DNA of 64,000 bases from a virus. Lineage: Duplodnaviria; Caudoviricetes. The stretch covers positions 1 through 64,000 of the IMG/VR virus record IMGVR_UViG_3300005683_000068. The stretch is one strand, 5' to 3'. The position numbers and the translations under genes are program-made. Below the pieces are notes generated by a model that did no database searches, was not told where the DNA came from, and saw only the letters and a list, made by a program, of their open reading frames with translations. This document shows positions 28,926-38,740 of the stretch, in pieces (position 1 is the stretch's first letter; each line of letters opens with the position of its first letter).

Positions 28926-29117
28926 TCAATGCTTCTCACTTTCTAAACCAGAAGCAGCTCTATCATCATCCAATGTCAATTCCGTTCTCCTGATCAAAAC
29001 ATCTTTTGGAGCCTCTATAGCTAATGAAACCCTGTGTCCATCAATTTTCGTTACTCGCACCACAATACCACCACCAATCACAATACTCTCACCAACCCGA
29101 CGCGATAGCACTAGCAT
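28926..29117 (-). CDS. csrA: Carbon storage regulator CsrA/RsmA
   Basis: MLVLSRRVGESIVIGGGIVVRV...VSLAIEAPKDVLIRRTEL. Confidence 0.92.
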   Translation of the reverse strand: MLVLSRRVGESIVIGGGIVVRVTKIDGHRVSLAIEAPKDVLIRRTELTLDDDRAASGLESEKH

Positions 29118-30430
29118 TGAAATTCCTTTCTTAAAGCAGATTCAATGTCACTAAACACCTGACCCCAACACCCTCGATAACGCTGTCTGAACAGCCTCAT
29201 TGAGGGATACCACGGTGAATCATGTCTATCGAGCAACCACCTCCAATTTGCTACATAAGGTAAACACACCCAAACAGGAACACCCATCGCACCAGCCAAA
29301 TGAGCGATTGAAGTGTCATTAGTAATAACTAAATCCATGCTCATCATTACAGCAGCCGTATCCATAAACGACTGAGCATCATACTCTTTCAACTCTGCTG
29401 AAGGATTGATCATTCCATTTTGGAGTATGTCTTTCTGTAAATTAACAAGCACAAAAGGACTAACTCCAGGAGTGCCTACTAAGGGCTGAAACAACTCAAC
29501 TGGTATATCTCTAGCAGCCATCATACCAGTATAAATCTTGATTCCAGGATATGCCTGTGGGGCCTCACCTCCCCTTCCCTTCCAATTAACTCCAATCTTG
29601 ATCTTGTTTAATCCTTGAAAGTAGTCCTTCCAGTAATCAACCAGTTCTGGATTAGCTTTAATATAACCAACCTCCCCAGGAATATCCTCAACATACTGAG
29701 TTAATATGCCAGGAATAGACATTAAAGGAATCTGATAATCAAACTCAGGAAGAACATCATCATAAGTAAACAGATCAATAAAAGTCTCTGACAGCAAAGA
29801 CACAAGCTGCTTCTGTACCTCACTTATAACCTTAAAGCCACATTCATTCTCCAGCATCCTTACATATCTAATAAACTGCATTGTGTCGCCCAATCCTTGT
29901 TCAGCATGAACAAGGATTGTTTTCCCTTCTCCTGATTCTCCCCACCATCTAGGTTTATTGTATCTCGGATCAACTGCCTTCATGCCTACCGGAGGCCGTG
30001 CTTCATAATAAGCAAAGCCAGTCTCAAAATCACCAAGATGAAGCCTCAATTCCCCAAGGTTATAGAACAACAGCAAATGATTAGGGTCAATCTTAATACC
30101 CTTCTCATAACAATCCTCGGCAAGTTCATACTGCCCCCATTCATAAAAGTTGCGGCCACGGTTGCACCAAAAATGAGGATTGTTAGGTTCCAAATCACAA
30201 GCCTTTTTGTAAGACTCGTCTGATTCCTCAAATTTATCTTGGAGATGCAAACAAAAACCAAGATTGTAAAACAACACACCTGATTCAGGATCACAATCAA
30301 TTGCTTGTCTTAATAAAGTCTCAGCCCTTACCAAATTATTAGACTTCATGTGACGCAGGGCTCTGTCACAATGATAAGCAGCAACTTTCCTACGCTCTAT
30401 TCTTGTCATTTGATCCTCTTCTTCTTTCAC
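29111..30430 (-). CDS. TPR-repeat glycosyltransferase (GT-B, GT9-like C-terminus)
   Basis: N-terminal TPRs; AEQGLGDTMQFIRY, MDLVITNDTSIAHLAGAMG, WRWL...SPWYPSMRLFRQ. Confidence 0.85.
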   Translation of the reverse strand: MKEEEDQMTRIERRKVAAYHCDRALRHMKSNNLVRAETLLRQAIDCDPESGVLFYNLGFCLHLQDKFEESDESYKKACDLEPNNPHFWCNRGRNFYEWGQYELAEDCYEKGIKIDPNHLLLFYNLGELRLHLGDFETGFAYYEARPPVGMKAVDPRYNKPRWWGESGEGKTILVHAEQGLGDTMQFIRYVRMLENECGFKVISEVQKQLVSLLSETFIDLFTYDDVLPEFDYQIPLMSIPGILTQYVEDIPGEVGYIKANPELVDYWKDYFQGLNKIKIGVNWKGRGGEAPQAYPGIKIYTGMMAARDIPVELFQPLVGTPGVSPFVLVNLQKDILQNGMINPSAELKEYDAQSFMDTAAVMMSMDLVITNDTSIAHLAGAMGVPVWVCLPYVANWRWLLDRHDSPWYPSMRLFRQRYRGCWGQVFSDIESALRKEFQC

Positions 30431-30562
30431 AACTTGTAGTAATGGTTTTGCTGTGCTGAGTTTAAGTAGGCAATTGCGAGAATAGCAGCAAATTCGCTAG
30501 TGCTTGTGGGGTTGTGCGTCCAATTGCGGGCAAATTCGTACACAGGCGATTCGTGGCAGATT

Positions 30563-31246
30563 TCACAACTCCACCACCTTTCCTGTTTGTAGATCGGGGT
30601 CATGTGTTACCATAATGAATTGAATTTTAAGATCATCAGCAAGAGCCTCTAACAAACATCTAATCCTTGGACGGTAATTCTTACTAAGATGCTTAAATGG
30701 CTCATCAAGCACAAGCAATCTCCTACTAGGTGGAGATTTAAGAATCAGACAAGCTAACCTCAAGGCAAAACCACAAACATCTATCACACCCCCTCCAGCA
30801 GCATCCATTGGGTCAATTTCAAAACCATCGCGTAGAAAAACCAACTTCGCTTCTGTTTTGCCTCGCTTACGTTCAAATTGAATCTCAAATTCATAAGCAT
30901 CGTCACCAAACACAGTATCCAAACATCTGGTAACAACTTCAGCAATGCACTTATGAACTTGTTGCTGAGTTTGCTGTGCCAACCTCTGGAGAATTTCTTG
31001 TGCTTCAAGTACAGCATTTAATCTACGATTTGCTCTGGCTAACTCCTCGCGTTCTATTCCTATTTGTTTTTTGGCATGATTTCTCTCCTGTACTAGAGTC
31101 TGAATCTTTCTCTCGTAATGATTCAGACCATTTTCGTTCAAACTGTTTAACTGCCTGTCTGTATTTCTGTTCGGCATCTTTCTCCTCATGTTCAAGTCTC
31201 TGAAAGAGTTTCTTTGCTTGGGATACTGACTTGCAACTAAACTCAT
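30563..31246 (-). CDS. SbcC/Rad50 C-terminal half (signature + Walker B)
   Basis: AAGGGVIDV signature, LLVLDEPF, IMVTH; start uncertain. Confidence 0.8.
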   Translation of the reverse strand: MSLVASQYPKQRNSFRDLNMRRKMPNRNTDRQLNSLNENGLNHYERKIQTLVQERNHAKKQIGIEREELARANRRLNAVLEAQEILQRLAQQTQQQVHKCIAEVVTRCLDTVFGDDAYEFEIQFERKRGKTEAKLVFLRDGFEIDPMDAAGGGVIDVCGFALRLACLILKSPPSRRLLVLDEPFKHLSKNYRPRIRCLLEALADDLKIQFIMVTHDPDLQTGKVVEL

Positions 31247-31337
31247 TCCTTAGCTGATCAAGTAATTGACCAAGCCGTCCCTCAGCACGGGCATGATCAC
31301 GTTCCAATTGCTCAACCTGCTCTTTAAGATTGTTCAT
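31023..31337 (-). CDS. Coiled-coil protein (probable SbcC arm fragment)
   Basis: Heptad-rich; overlaps the SbcC C-half in another frame. Confidence 0.55.
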   Translation of the reverse strand: MNNLKEQVEQLERDHARAEGRLGQLLDQLRNEFSCKSVSQAKKLFQRLEHEEKDAEQKYRQAVKQFERKWSESLREKDSDSSTGEKSCQKTNRNRTRGVSQSKS

Positions 31338-31558
31338 TTCTTATCTCCCTTTAATTTAAGGCGTCTTTCTTCCAACTCCACATCTTTCAACATCCTCTTG
31401 AACATCTTAGCTGCCTTGTCAGCCTCAATCTCTGACTTGTGTAATCTTTTATACTCATTCTTCTGAAGCCATACTTGTCTCCTATATGCTTGGCGTTGTT
31501 GTTGCCAAGGGCTCCGCATAGACACAACAACGAACAACAACACAAAAAGAATCTTCAT
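31334..31558 (-). CDS. Hypothetical protein
   Basis: ATGA-coupled ORF. Confidence 0.5.
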   Translation of the reverse strand: MKILFVLLFVVVSMRSPWQQQRQAYRRQVWLQKNEYKRLHKSEIEADKAAKMFKRMLKDVELEERRLKLKGDKK

Positions 31559-31830
31559 TTTGTTGGCTCCGCATGTTCTGGTTTCATTTCATTCCTCATA
31601 GGTCGATCTTTTAACCACCTACTAGGAACCCACGTCAAAGTATAGTCACAAGACTCCTGCACAAGAGTCACCTCAACACCTGCTAGTGAAAAAGTGACAG
31701 GCCAAGAACACAACTTTGGCAAGATAACTACTCTTCCTGTATGAAAACCATCATCGTCGTCTTGCCATTCAACATGCTTTCCTAAATTCTGATCATTCAT
31801 TTGGAATCCCCAATGCTGTCCAAAGCTCAT
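31555..31830 (-). CDS. Hypothetical protein
   Basis: ATGA-coupled ORF. Confidence 0.5.
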   Translation of the reverse strand: MSFGQHWGFQMNDQNLGKHVEWQDDDDGFHTGRVVILPKLCSWPVTFSLAGVEVTLVQESCDYTLTWVPSRWLKDRPMRNEMKPEHAEPTK

Positions 31831-32773
31831 CTTTTACATCACTAGTAAAATCACCATGATCTATACAATCACGGACCATCTTCTCAAAATCAAAGCCACT
31901 CCCACCAGTCATTTGTTTAAGCATCTTAACAAACAACGCTGCATCAAACGCCTCCTGCAAATCATTTCCTAGGTCTCTAATATCAGACCATTTATCATTA
32001 GCTGTTGGTAAATACATCCTAACAACAGCTCCAGATTGACAAAGCAACCACACACTAGGTTGAATGATTCTCTCATCAAGTCTCCTAGGCATGAAAGCAC
32101 CACAATTGATTAACTTACCTGCCTGAAACGGAATATGATTATCACCAAAGAAAGCACAGGTGAAATGCTCTAGTTTGTCTCCATAAGAAACAAAGTGTCT
32201 TTCCTGTGGGGCGTCCTTAAAACCACAACCTTGCTTCCAAACATAAGCATGGACTATAGCTACACACTTAACCCCTTCTGGTTTTTTCATTCCTTTACCA
32301 ATCTCATCCAACCAGTTGTATCCAAAGTAAACATAATCACCATAGCGAACTGGTTTTTCTAATAGCTTTACTGCATCCGATTCAATCAAAGTCCCCAAAG
32401 CAGATTTATGCAAATCAGAGAACTTGTGATAAGGAAGATCATGCTGTCCCGCTACCACCCAAGTATCAGTAGGCATATTTCGCATTGCAAAGGTTATCAA
32501 TTCTGGTGGACTGTTCCATTTGTGAAAAACATCACCAGAAATAAACACCGGACACTGATACTTCCTTTGTAAGTTGCACAATTCATTCAATTGACGTTCC
32601 ATTACTGGATACCAATCCACTTCCTCCCTAGCAAGTGGTTTAGTATGTGACAGGTGAATGTCCGAGCAGTGGATGCTCACTACGTTATCAATTGCTTGCA
32701 TGTTGGGCATACCTTTAGTTTTCGCAACTGTTTGATTGCTTGATTCAATCTCCGCTGTAACTGACATACACAC
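31793..32773 (-). CDS. SbcD/Mre11 metallophosphoesterase nuclease
   Basis: SDIH, SGDVFH, AGQHD, VH, FFGDNH motifs. Confidence 0.85.
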   Translation of the reverse strand: MCMSVTAEIESSNQTVAKTKGMPNMQAIDNVVSIHCSDIHLSHTKPLAREEVDWYPVMERQLNELCNLQRKYQCPVFISGDVFHKWNSPPELITFAMRNMPTDTWVVAGQHDLPYHKFSDLHKSALGTLIESDAVKLLEKPVRYGDYVYFGYNWLDEIGKGMKKPEGVKCVAIVHAYVWKQGCGFKDAPQERHFVSYGDKLEHFTCAFFGDNHIPFQAGKLINCGAFMPRRLDERIIQPSVWLLCQSGAVVRMYLPTANDKWSDIRDLGNDLQEAFDAALFVKMLKQMTGGSGFDFEKMVRDCIDHGDFTSDVKDELWTALGIPNE

Positions 32774-33564
32774 TCCTCCTCTTTGAGAATTTTCAAAATC
32801 AACAACTCCAAATCTTGTCTTGTCTTGGAAGTATCATAATAGAACTCCTGAAGCTCTAAACATGATTTTCCGTAGTCAATCACCTCCTGTGCATTAGCAC
32901 GCAAAGCCTGTGCATTTTCAATTTCACCTAACAAAACCCCAAGTTTAGTCCTTGTGCCCCGTAAATCGCTTGCTAATGCGTTTAACGACGTTATTTCACT
33001 GTAATCTGACGCTAGTTCTTTTACCCATTTGAGACTCTTATAAGTAGCCGTCACAGCAGATAATCTTTCTTCTGCTGCTGCTACTCTCGTCTTAACATCT
33101 CTAAGACGGCTTCCAACTCTAGACAAAGATGCATCCATCTGATCTAAATTCACAACCTGATTTAATTCCCTACTTACTTGTCCTGGTGATTTTGAGAACC
33201 AGAAGGGAGCATCGTGTTGTTGTTGGAAGTTAAGTTCGCTGACGTTGATTTGTTTGGAAATCGTTTCAGGAACGTCGGAACCAATAGCAGTGTAGGTGTG
33301 CTTAATGCCAAAGACATACTTGTTTTCCCTTCCCTTAACACGGGATATACTTTTGCCGTCCAGTAACAAAGTGACTTTGACATATTTGGATCCTTTGCGT
33401 TGAAATGCTTTTATTGATCCCTTATTAAGACATACCCATCTAAGAGCACGAAGTACAGCACTTTTCCCAACATCACTCGATCCGATAATACAAGTGATGT
33501 TACCAAACTCAACTTCAAGGGATTTATGAGCTTGAAAGTTGTTTAATCCAATCTTTGTAATCAT
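32680..33564 (-). CDS. SbcC/Rad50 N-terminal half (Walker A, Q-loop, coiled coil, Zn hook)
   Basis: MITKIGLNNFQAH, GSSDVGKS, NFQQQHD, terminal CPTC. Confidence 0.85.
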   Translation of the reverse strand: MITKIGLNNFQAHKSLEVEFGNITCIIGSSDVGKSAVLRALRWVCLNKGSIKAFQRKGSKYVKVTLLLDGKSISRVKGRENKYVFGIKHTYTAIGSDVPETISKQINVSELNFQQQHDAPFWFSKSPGQVSRELNQVVNLDQMDASLSRVGSRLRDVKTRVAAAEERLSAVTATYKSLKWVKELASDYSEITSLNALASDLRGTRTKLGVLLGEIENAQALRANAQEVIDYGKSCLELQEFYYDTSKTRQDLELLILKILKEEECVCQLQRRLNQAIKQLRKLKVCPTCKQLIT

Positions 33565-34111
33565 TGTCCAAGAGCCCTTCAATGTCCTTTCTATGCACAT
33601 TCACAACAAAATCATCCAATCTACAACAGGAAACCTTAGATACATCTCCTTGTTTAATAGCACCATAAGTAATAACAGATCGTTCCACAAATTTTAATGG
33701 AAGCAATCTGAACACTAGGAAAGGAATGAAAATTAAAGCATCCCTTCTATCTCTCTTGTGGATCAACAACCAACTCCGACTACCTGCCAATGTAGATGTA
33801 GCTTCAGCTTTCTTAAACCAATCAAGATAACGTGAATTTTGAGAATCCAATATATCAACAGCGGTGCTACTTGGATAACCACGCTTCAACTCCACAGTGA
33901 AGGCATGGACTAATGGAAGACCAATCGGATCAACAACAGCTATATCCCCATAGGAACCAAATGTCTTTTTATTAACCTTGCTCCTAATTGTCGCTCTGGC
34001 ACCAGAGCAAGCTGTTCTCCAAAACACATCTTCCCTTTTACCACCAGTCCACCACAAAGACAAAAACCTACACATCTCACGTTCGTAAGCACCTCCTTTA
34101 CTAGTCTTCAT
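33524..34111 (-). CDS. Holliday junction resolvase (PD-(D/E)xK, Hjc-like)
   Basis: KGGAYERE...SGA...GDI...ELKRG. Confidence 0.75.
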   Translation of the reverse strand: MKTSKGGAYEREMCRFLSLWWTGGKREDVFWRTACSGARATIRSKVNKKTFGSYGDIAVVDPIGLPLVHAFTVELKRGYPSSTAVDILDSQNSRYLDWFKKAEATSTLAGSRSWLLIHKRDRRDALIFIPFLVFRLLPLKFVERSVITYGAIKQGDVSKVSCCRLDDFVVNVHRKDIEGLLDNDYKDWIKQLSSS

Positions 34112-34404
34112 CTCTTCCTCCCATCAGTTCTTTAAGAACCATAGAAAGAAACCAGCACAACAAAAACAACGTCGCAATCAACATAATAGGAACCATAAAG
34201 CACCTTTACTAAAGCACCCATAACAAGAACACGATCAATGTCTCTTTCTAAATTCCTCAACAGCAGCATCAGCAACGATGGCAATGTTCCTTATCAATTC
34301 AAGAATTGATGGTGCTACTTGTATTGGTATTCTTAGCCCGGCTTCATAACCAGCTACAAACACCTTACACCACAAATCAACCTCTGATTGCTGTTCTAGT
34401 TTCA

Positions 34405-35322
34405 TCACACTAAATCCCTCAAAGATCGAATCCCCAATTCATCACACAAGGCACGCCAAGCATCACGATTGATGCTATCGGACACAAGTTTGAAATTAGG
34501 ACACCCGGCATACGGAAGTTTCACCAAATGACGATTACTATTCCAAACGTCATTCCCTTCTACTATGCTCCTAAATACCTTAGTAGTGTTTTTGAGTTTG
34601 CCTGTCAGAAACTTAGATGCCGTGACCTCTCCAACACCCTTAATGCCAACAATACCATCGGATTTGCAACCAGCAATGGCTTTCACGTCTATCCACTGGG
34701 GAGGGGAAACACCATACTCCCTTGATAAAGATAATTCGTTATAAGACCGCTTCTTGTTTGGATCCCACAATATCACTCTCTTACCAAGTAACTGGTAAAA
34801 ATCCTTATCTGATCCAACAATAATAGCATCATCCTTCTTTGGTAGATTCAAGCAAATTGATGCAATCACATCGTCGGCTTCATAGCCAGGAGCATAACAA
34901 ATGTTTCTGAATCCCAAATCAAACAATCGTTCTTTCCTCAACAGTAAAAACTGTTGTTCCATTTTCCTTACCAAGGATTTCTGTTCATACGATAAGGCAT
35001 ATCTCTGCTCAACCCTATTCGCCTTATAGTCAGGATAATCTCTCTCACGGAGATATGGTCCACAATCAAAACAAAAAACAAGATGATTAGAACCCAATGT
35101 CTCCTGAAATTGAATGATGTCTCTTAGAAAACCATAAGTAACACCAGTAGGAATTTCGTTATGAGAAAGATTCCCAGTGCTGTAAAAAGCACGCCATGCA
35201 AGATAATTACAATCGAGCAATAACCATGTCTTACTCATCTGATGATTCTCCTCCAAATGGAATCCAACCCAACTCATACAAGAACAGAAACAAAAAGTAA
35301 TCACCAAGATGCAATAACACAT
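34405..35322 (-). CDS. 5'-3' exonuclease / flap endonuclease (T4 RNase H-like)
   Basis: LDCNY, YKANR, GYEADD, SDKDF, H3TH (AIAGCKSDGIVGIKGVGEVTA); probable start 35238. Confidence 0.9.
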   Translation of the reverse strand: MCYCILVITFCFCSCMSWVGFHLEENHQMSKTWLLLDCNYLAWRAFYSTGNLSHNEIPTGVTYGFLRDIIQFQETLGSNHLVFCFDCGPYLRERDYPDYKANRVEQRYALSYEQKSLVRKMEQQFLLLRKERLFDLGFRNICYAPGYEADDVIASICLNLPKKDDAIIVGSDKDFYQLLGKRVILWDPNKKRSYNELSLSREYGVSPPQWIDVKAIAGCKSDGIVGIKGVGEVTASKFLTGKLKNTTKVFRSIVEGNDVWNSNRHLVKLPYAGCPNFKLVSDSINRDAWRALCDELGIRSLRDLV

Positions 35323-35411
35323 TCTGAGAGACCAGCAACGAATGTTGCGTAGTCATAATAACAGCTTTTGTCCTCACTTCTTCATCTATCATGTCATAAA
35401 TACCTCTATCA

Positions 35412-36488
35412 TCATACATACCTTGGTTTCCTTTCCACCTTGCAAGCATCTTCAATCCTATTCCACACTTCAGAGACAATGCGGTGGAGTTGCTTCTCTA
35501 AATTGTTTTCTTCAATGTAGGCAATGAGGTCTTTCTCCTCCATTGATGCATCAAACTCCTCAGCACGGATATTACCTCCTTTCTTTACCCAATGCTTCTC
35601 ATCTAGTAGATATTTTACACAGCAACCTACATCATCAATACCAGCACTGTGATAAATAGGAAACTCCACTGCCCTATCCTTGCCGGCTATTCTGTTTTTC
35701 TTGACTCTGGCTTTGACTAGAATGCCAAGCTGACGGTCCTTGTCTTTGTACTTCCTCTTAATCTGCTGCCTCACAGAAGTCCATATTTCCAATGTGGCAT
35801 AAAATTTCATAGAGTGACCACCACTCCTTGTCTTTGTTTCAAACATGGAGTTTATAGCGTCCCTGGTTTGAGCAACTACGATTAGAATGCTGCCAGTTTT
35901 CTTTAACTCAGAAACAGCACGTCTAAGATTACCAGAATTCGATTTGGCCTTACCATCACCAAACGATCCTTTTATCTCTTTGTCCTTTCGTGCCCGTTTC
36001 TTATTCTCCACAAACTTCTTATCGTCGGCTTCTGAAGTCAACGAATCCATACTGTCAAGAATACAAACAAATGGGTTGCCGACTTCCCGCAAGTCATCCA
36101 GATAGTAGTAAAACTCCTCTATAGTGCCTAAATACTTAAAGGTTATTCTATCAGCTAGTTTGCTACCAAAGAATTTCCTTACATCCATGAGAACACCCCG
36201 CTCTACATCAATGTAGATCAGGTCATAGTCCTCAAAGTTTGGGTTGTTGGCAGCTTCTGCCAAAGCACTAAGACACAACCAAGTCTTGCCGCTGTTACTA
36301 TCTCCTACATAGAGATAGTAATGTCCTTTGACAAATGTTCCAGTACGCTTACCTGTGCAAGCTAGATTGAGTGTAGTACATCCGCTACTAAGCAAATCAG
36401 CAATCTTCAATTCCGATGAATTACACTTCTTTCTCAGGGCAGTTTTTAATTTGTCCACATCAGTCATGCTGCTTGTCCTTTCTGCCAT
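35412..36488 (-). CDS. RecA/UvsX-like recombinase
   Basis: GDSNSGKT, IDVERG, ILDSMDSL, RSGGHSMKFYA. Confidence 0.85.
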   Translation of the reverse strand: MAERTSSMTDVDKLKTALRKKCNSSELKIADLLSSGCTTLNLACTGKRTGTFVKGHYYLYVGDSNSGKTWLCLSALAEAANNPNFEDYDLIYIDVERGVLMDVRKFFGSKLADRITFKYLGTIEEFYYYLDDLREVGNPFVCILDSMDSLTSEADDKKFVENKKRARKDKEIKGSFGDGKAKSNSGNLRRAVSELKKTGSILIVVAQTRDAINSMFETKTRSGGHSMKFYATLEIWTSVRQQIKRKYKDKDRQLGILVKARVKKNRIAGKDRAVEFPIYHSAGIDDVGCCVKYLLDEKHWVKKGGNIRAEEFDASMEEKDLIAYIEENNLEKQLHRIVSEVWNRIEDACKVERKPRYV

Positions 36489-36739
36489 TTCTTATGATTC
36501 AAATAAATCTCCAATTCAACTGCCTTGCACAATTTAAGCAATGTGCTGCTACGAATGTCAATTATGCCAACCTGTTGTTCAAAAACACGACGCAGTTTTG
36601 ATATTGTTGAAGGAGATAATCCAGCCTCTTCCGCCAGTTCTTTATTTGTCCACATCCAAAACTTGTCGGACAGATCAAAAACTTGATTGAGTATTTTTTG
36701 ACGTTGTTCATCAACACTAAACCGATTCATTCGTTTCAT
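36464..36739 (-). CDS. XRE-family HTH protein
   Basis: TNKELAEEAGLSPSTISKL...TLLKLCKAV. Confidence 0.75.
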   Translation of the reverse strand: MKRMNRFSVDEQRQKILNQVFDLSDKFWMWTNKELAEEAGLSPSTISKLRRVFEQQVGIIDIRSSTLLKLCKAVELEIYLNHKKWQKGQAA

Positions 36740-36787
36740 TTTAGCACCTAGACTACGAAAAACAGACCTGGCAGTTCACAATAAGAC

Positions 36788-36841
36788 GGCCCCGGTAGTC
36801 CCGCAATCATTCCCGGAGCCCCTGCAATGATCAAGGGACGC
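36788..36841 (-). other. Putative pseudoknotted RNA element
   Basis: GTCCC/GGGAC and ATCATT/AATGAT stems; loop GGCTCCGG is complementary to downstream CCGGGGCC. Confidence 0.4.
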
Positions 36842-36852
36842 AGTACACACGT

Positions 36853-38094
36853 TTAGCCTTTTTTAGACTTAGGTTTAGCTTTCTCATCAACAATCTTACA
36901 ATCATCAGGATCAACAATGTAAGGATCAGAACGATCCTTACACATCACATGGAAGAGTCCGTTGCGAATTCGCTTGATCTTTCCTGTGTGCCATTCTCCT
37001 CTGTATTTGAACTTGACAGTAGTTCCGACTGTGAGGTCCCCAGATTCTCCTCCAGAATCATCTTCATCTCCTTCATCATCTTCGTCCTCATCTTCTTCCT
37101 CGTCATCAGCTTCCTCGTCATCATCCTCCACTTCCTCATCATCTTCGTCCTCATCTTCTTCCTCGTCATCAGCTTCCTCGTCATCTTCATCTTTCACCTT
37201 ACCTTTCTTCTTAGATTGCTTTGATTTTGCATTCGCCTTCGGCTCATCCTCATCCTCATCCTCGTCCTCTTCCTCGTCCTCGTCATCATCCTCCACTTCC
37301 TCATCCTCAGATTCCTCATCCTCAGATTCCTGAAGGAAGATTTTTTTCAACTCGGCATAACCAAGTTCACGAATCATCTCATCCAAGTTATAAGCATCAT
37401 CAATAACACCTTCTCCTAACTGGGACTTTCTTTCCTTAAATTCAATGTTTGAACAATCATAATAACTGTACCCCTTGCCAGATTCCTCAGACGCACCAAC
37501 ACGCAATGACAATCCTTTTTCAGGATCATGGAAATTGTCATATCGTTCTTGATCCTCATCATCAGCCTCGTTAATCTTCTTAGACAAGTGCCTGCCGAAC
37601 AAATGGTAGCTCTCATCCCAAACCTGAACCACCCCAGCATTATCTCCATCAAGAGGTATTACATTGAACAACTGCCGCTTCTTAGGTGCAAGGCTCTGCA
37701 ACAAATCTTCGTCCACTTCTGGATCACGGGCCAGCTTTGCACGGTGCTCACAAATAGGACATTTCTTACCACTGTTTTTTGACGGGCAAACATAGCTCTC
37801 GTTGTTAGCACCTACTCCACGATGAACATAAAACGTACGCTCAAAATGCAAGACTCCTGGATCGGCATTCGGATTGCCTTTCTGAGTCACTTCATACGGA
37901 ATGACATTCAAACGATACACACCCTCCTTCTTTGGTTTGAAAAAGGTACAACCTTCTGGCACGTTAAGGCTGGTTCGTTCAAATGAACCACTCTTTTTCG
38001 CAGTCTCACGGGCACTACTCAACCGACGCTCACGCTTTGCTTTCTTAGTAGCCATTTCCATCCTCACTTTCATTGGAATTCCGATCACGCTCAA
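36853..38094 (-). CDS. Single-stranded DNA-binding protein (gp32-like) with long acidic linker and C-terminal KOW/SH3-like domain
   Basis: CP...CPICE zinc motif, VQVWDES, D/E tract; probable start MATKK at 38055. Confidence 0.75.
   Translation of the reverse strand: MSVIGIPMKVRMEMATKKAKRERRLSSARETAKKSGSFERTSLNVPEGCTFFKPKKEGVYRLNVIPYEVTQKGNPNADPGVLHFERTFYVHRGVGANNESYVCPSKNSGKKCPICEHRAKLARDPEVDEDLLQSLAPKKRQLFNVIPLDGDNAGVVQVWDESYHLFGRHLSKKINEADDEDQERYDNFHDPEKGLSLRVGASEESGKGYSYYDCSNIEFKERKSQLGEGVIDDAYNLDEMIRELGYAELKKIFLQESEDEESEDEEVEDDDEDEEEDEDEDEDEPKANAKSKQSKKKGKVKDEDDEEADDEEEDEDEDDEEVEDDDEEADDEEEDEDEDDEGDEDDSGGESGDLTVGTTVKFKYRGEWHTGKIKRIRNGLFHVMCKDRSDPYIVDPDDCKIVDEKAKPKSKKG
37073..37185. repeat. 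50-bp direct repeat (63-bp period) in the SSB acidic tract
   Basis: Identical copies at 37073-37122 and 37136-37185. Confidence 0.8.
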
Positions 38095-38198
38095 ACAACT
38101 CGCCTGCTTGCAGATAGGCGTACCTACCTAGCTTCACACAAAAGAACACTAACACTGGAAGCAACAAAAACCCCAGCAGACCCACTCCAATTAGCAAT

Positions 38199-38708
38199 TC
38201 AATCATTTGAATTCTCCTTTGAGTGGCGTTTTCGCTGTCCCCGCTTCATTGTCATCCGATCTTTGGCCTCAGTCATAGCTTCACGATCTTCCTCCTTTCT
38301 TGCTCTGGGTTCGGCAAAATAACTCTGACCATGTAAGTCAACAAGATTCTCCAAAGCACGTTTTCGATGATCTAAAGCATTTACAAATGCCTGAAGTACA
38401 TCTACCTTATGCTTGGCGTCAATCAATGCATTGTTAGCAACCTGATACCGTTTGAGAGTTGGAATACAATTCTTGATTGCATTCTCAGTCACCTTCTCCC
38501 CTATATCATGCCCCTCTGGATCGGCCCGAATGTCAGCATCGAGTTCCGCTACAGTAAGTTCCAATTCGCTCTTTGACAAGTCGAGATCACGTCTGGCATC
38601 GGCCAGCTTCGCAGCATACTCCAAATAAAGTTTGGGTTGGTTTACCCATTCTTCATCCAACCTAAGTTGATTGATTTCCAAAACGGATTCATCGCGTTTC
38701 ATAAACAC
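38199..38708 (-). CDS. UvsY-like recombination mediator
   Basis: LEINQLRLDEEW..QPKLY...KVTENAI...ALDHRKRALENL. Confidence 0.65.
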   Translation of the reverse strand: MFMKRDESVLEINQLRLDEEWVNQPKLYLEYAAKLADARRDLDLSKSELELTVAELDADIRADPEGHDIGEKVTENAIKNCIPTLKRYQVANNALIDAKHKVDVLQAFVNALDHRKRALENLVDLHGQSYFAEPRARKEEDREAMTEAKDRMTMKRGQRKRHSKENSND

Positions 38709-38740
38709 ACTCCTCCCATATACTTAATATCGTAACACAA

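Noticed and set aside
30431-30562. Short repeats caattgcg and gcaaattcg in an intergenic gap as a late promoter
   Set aside because: Too short, and not found upstream of other late genes I inspected.
36945-37406. Poly-Ser/Arg/Met ORFs over the SSB acidic tract (likewise 45574-46252)
   Set aside because: Artefacts of GAN-codon repeats read in other frames.
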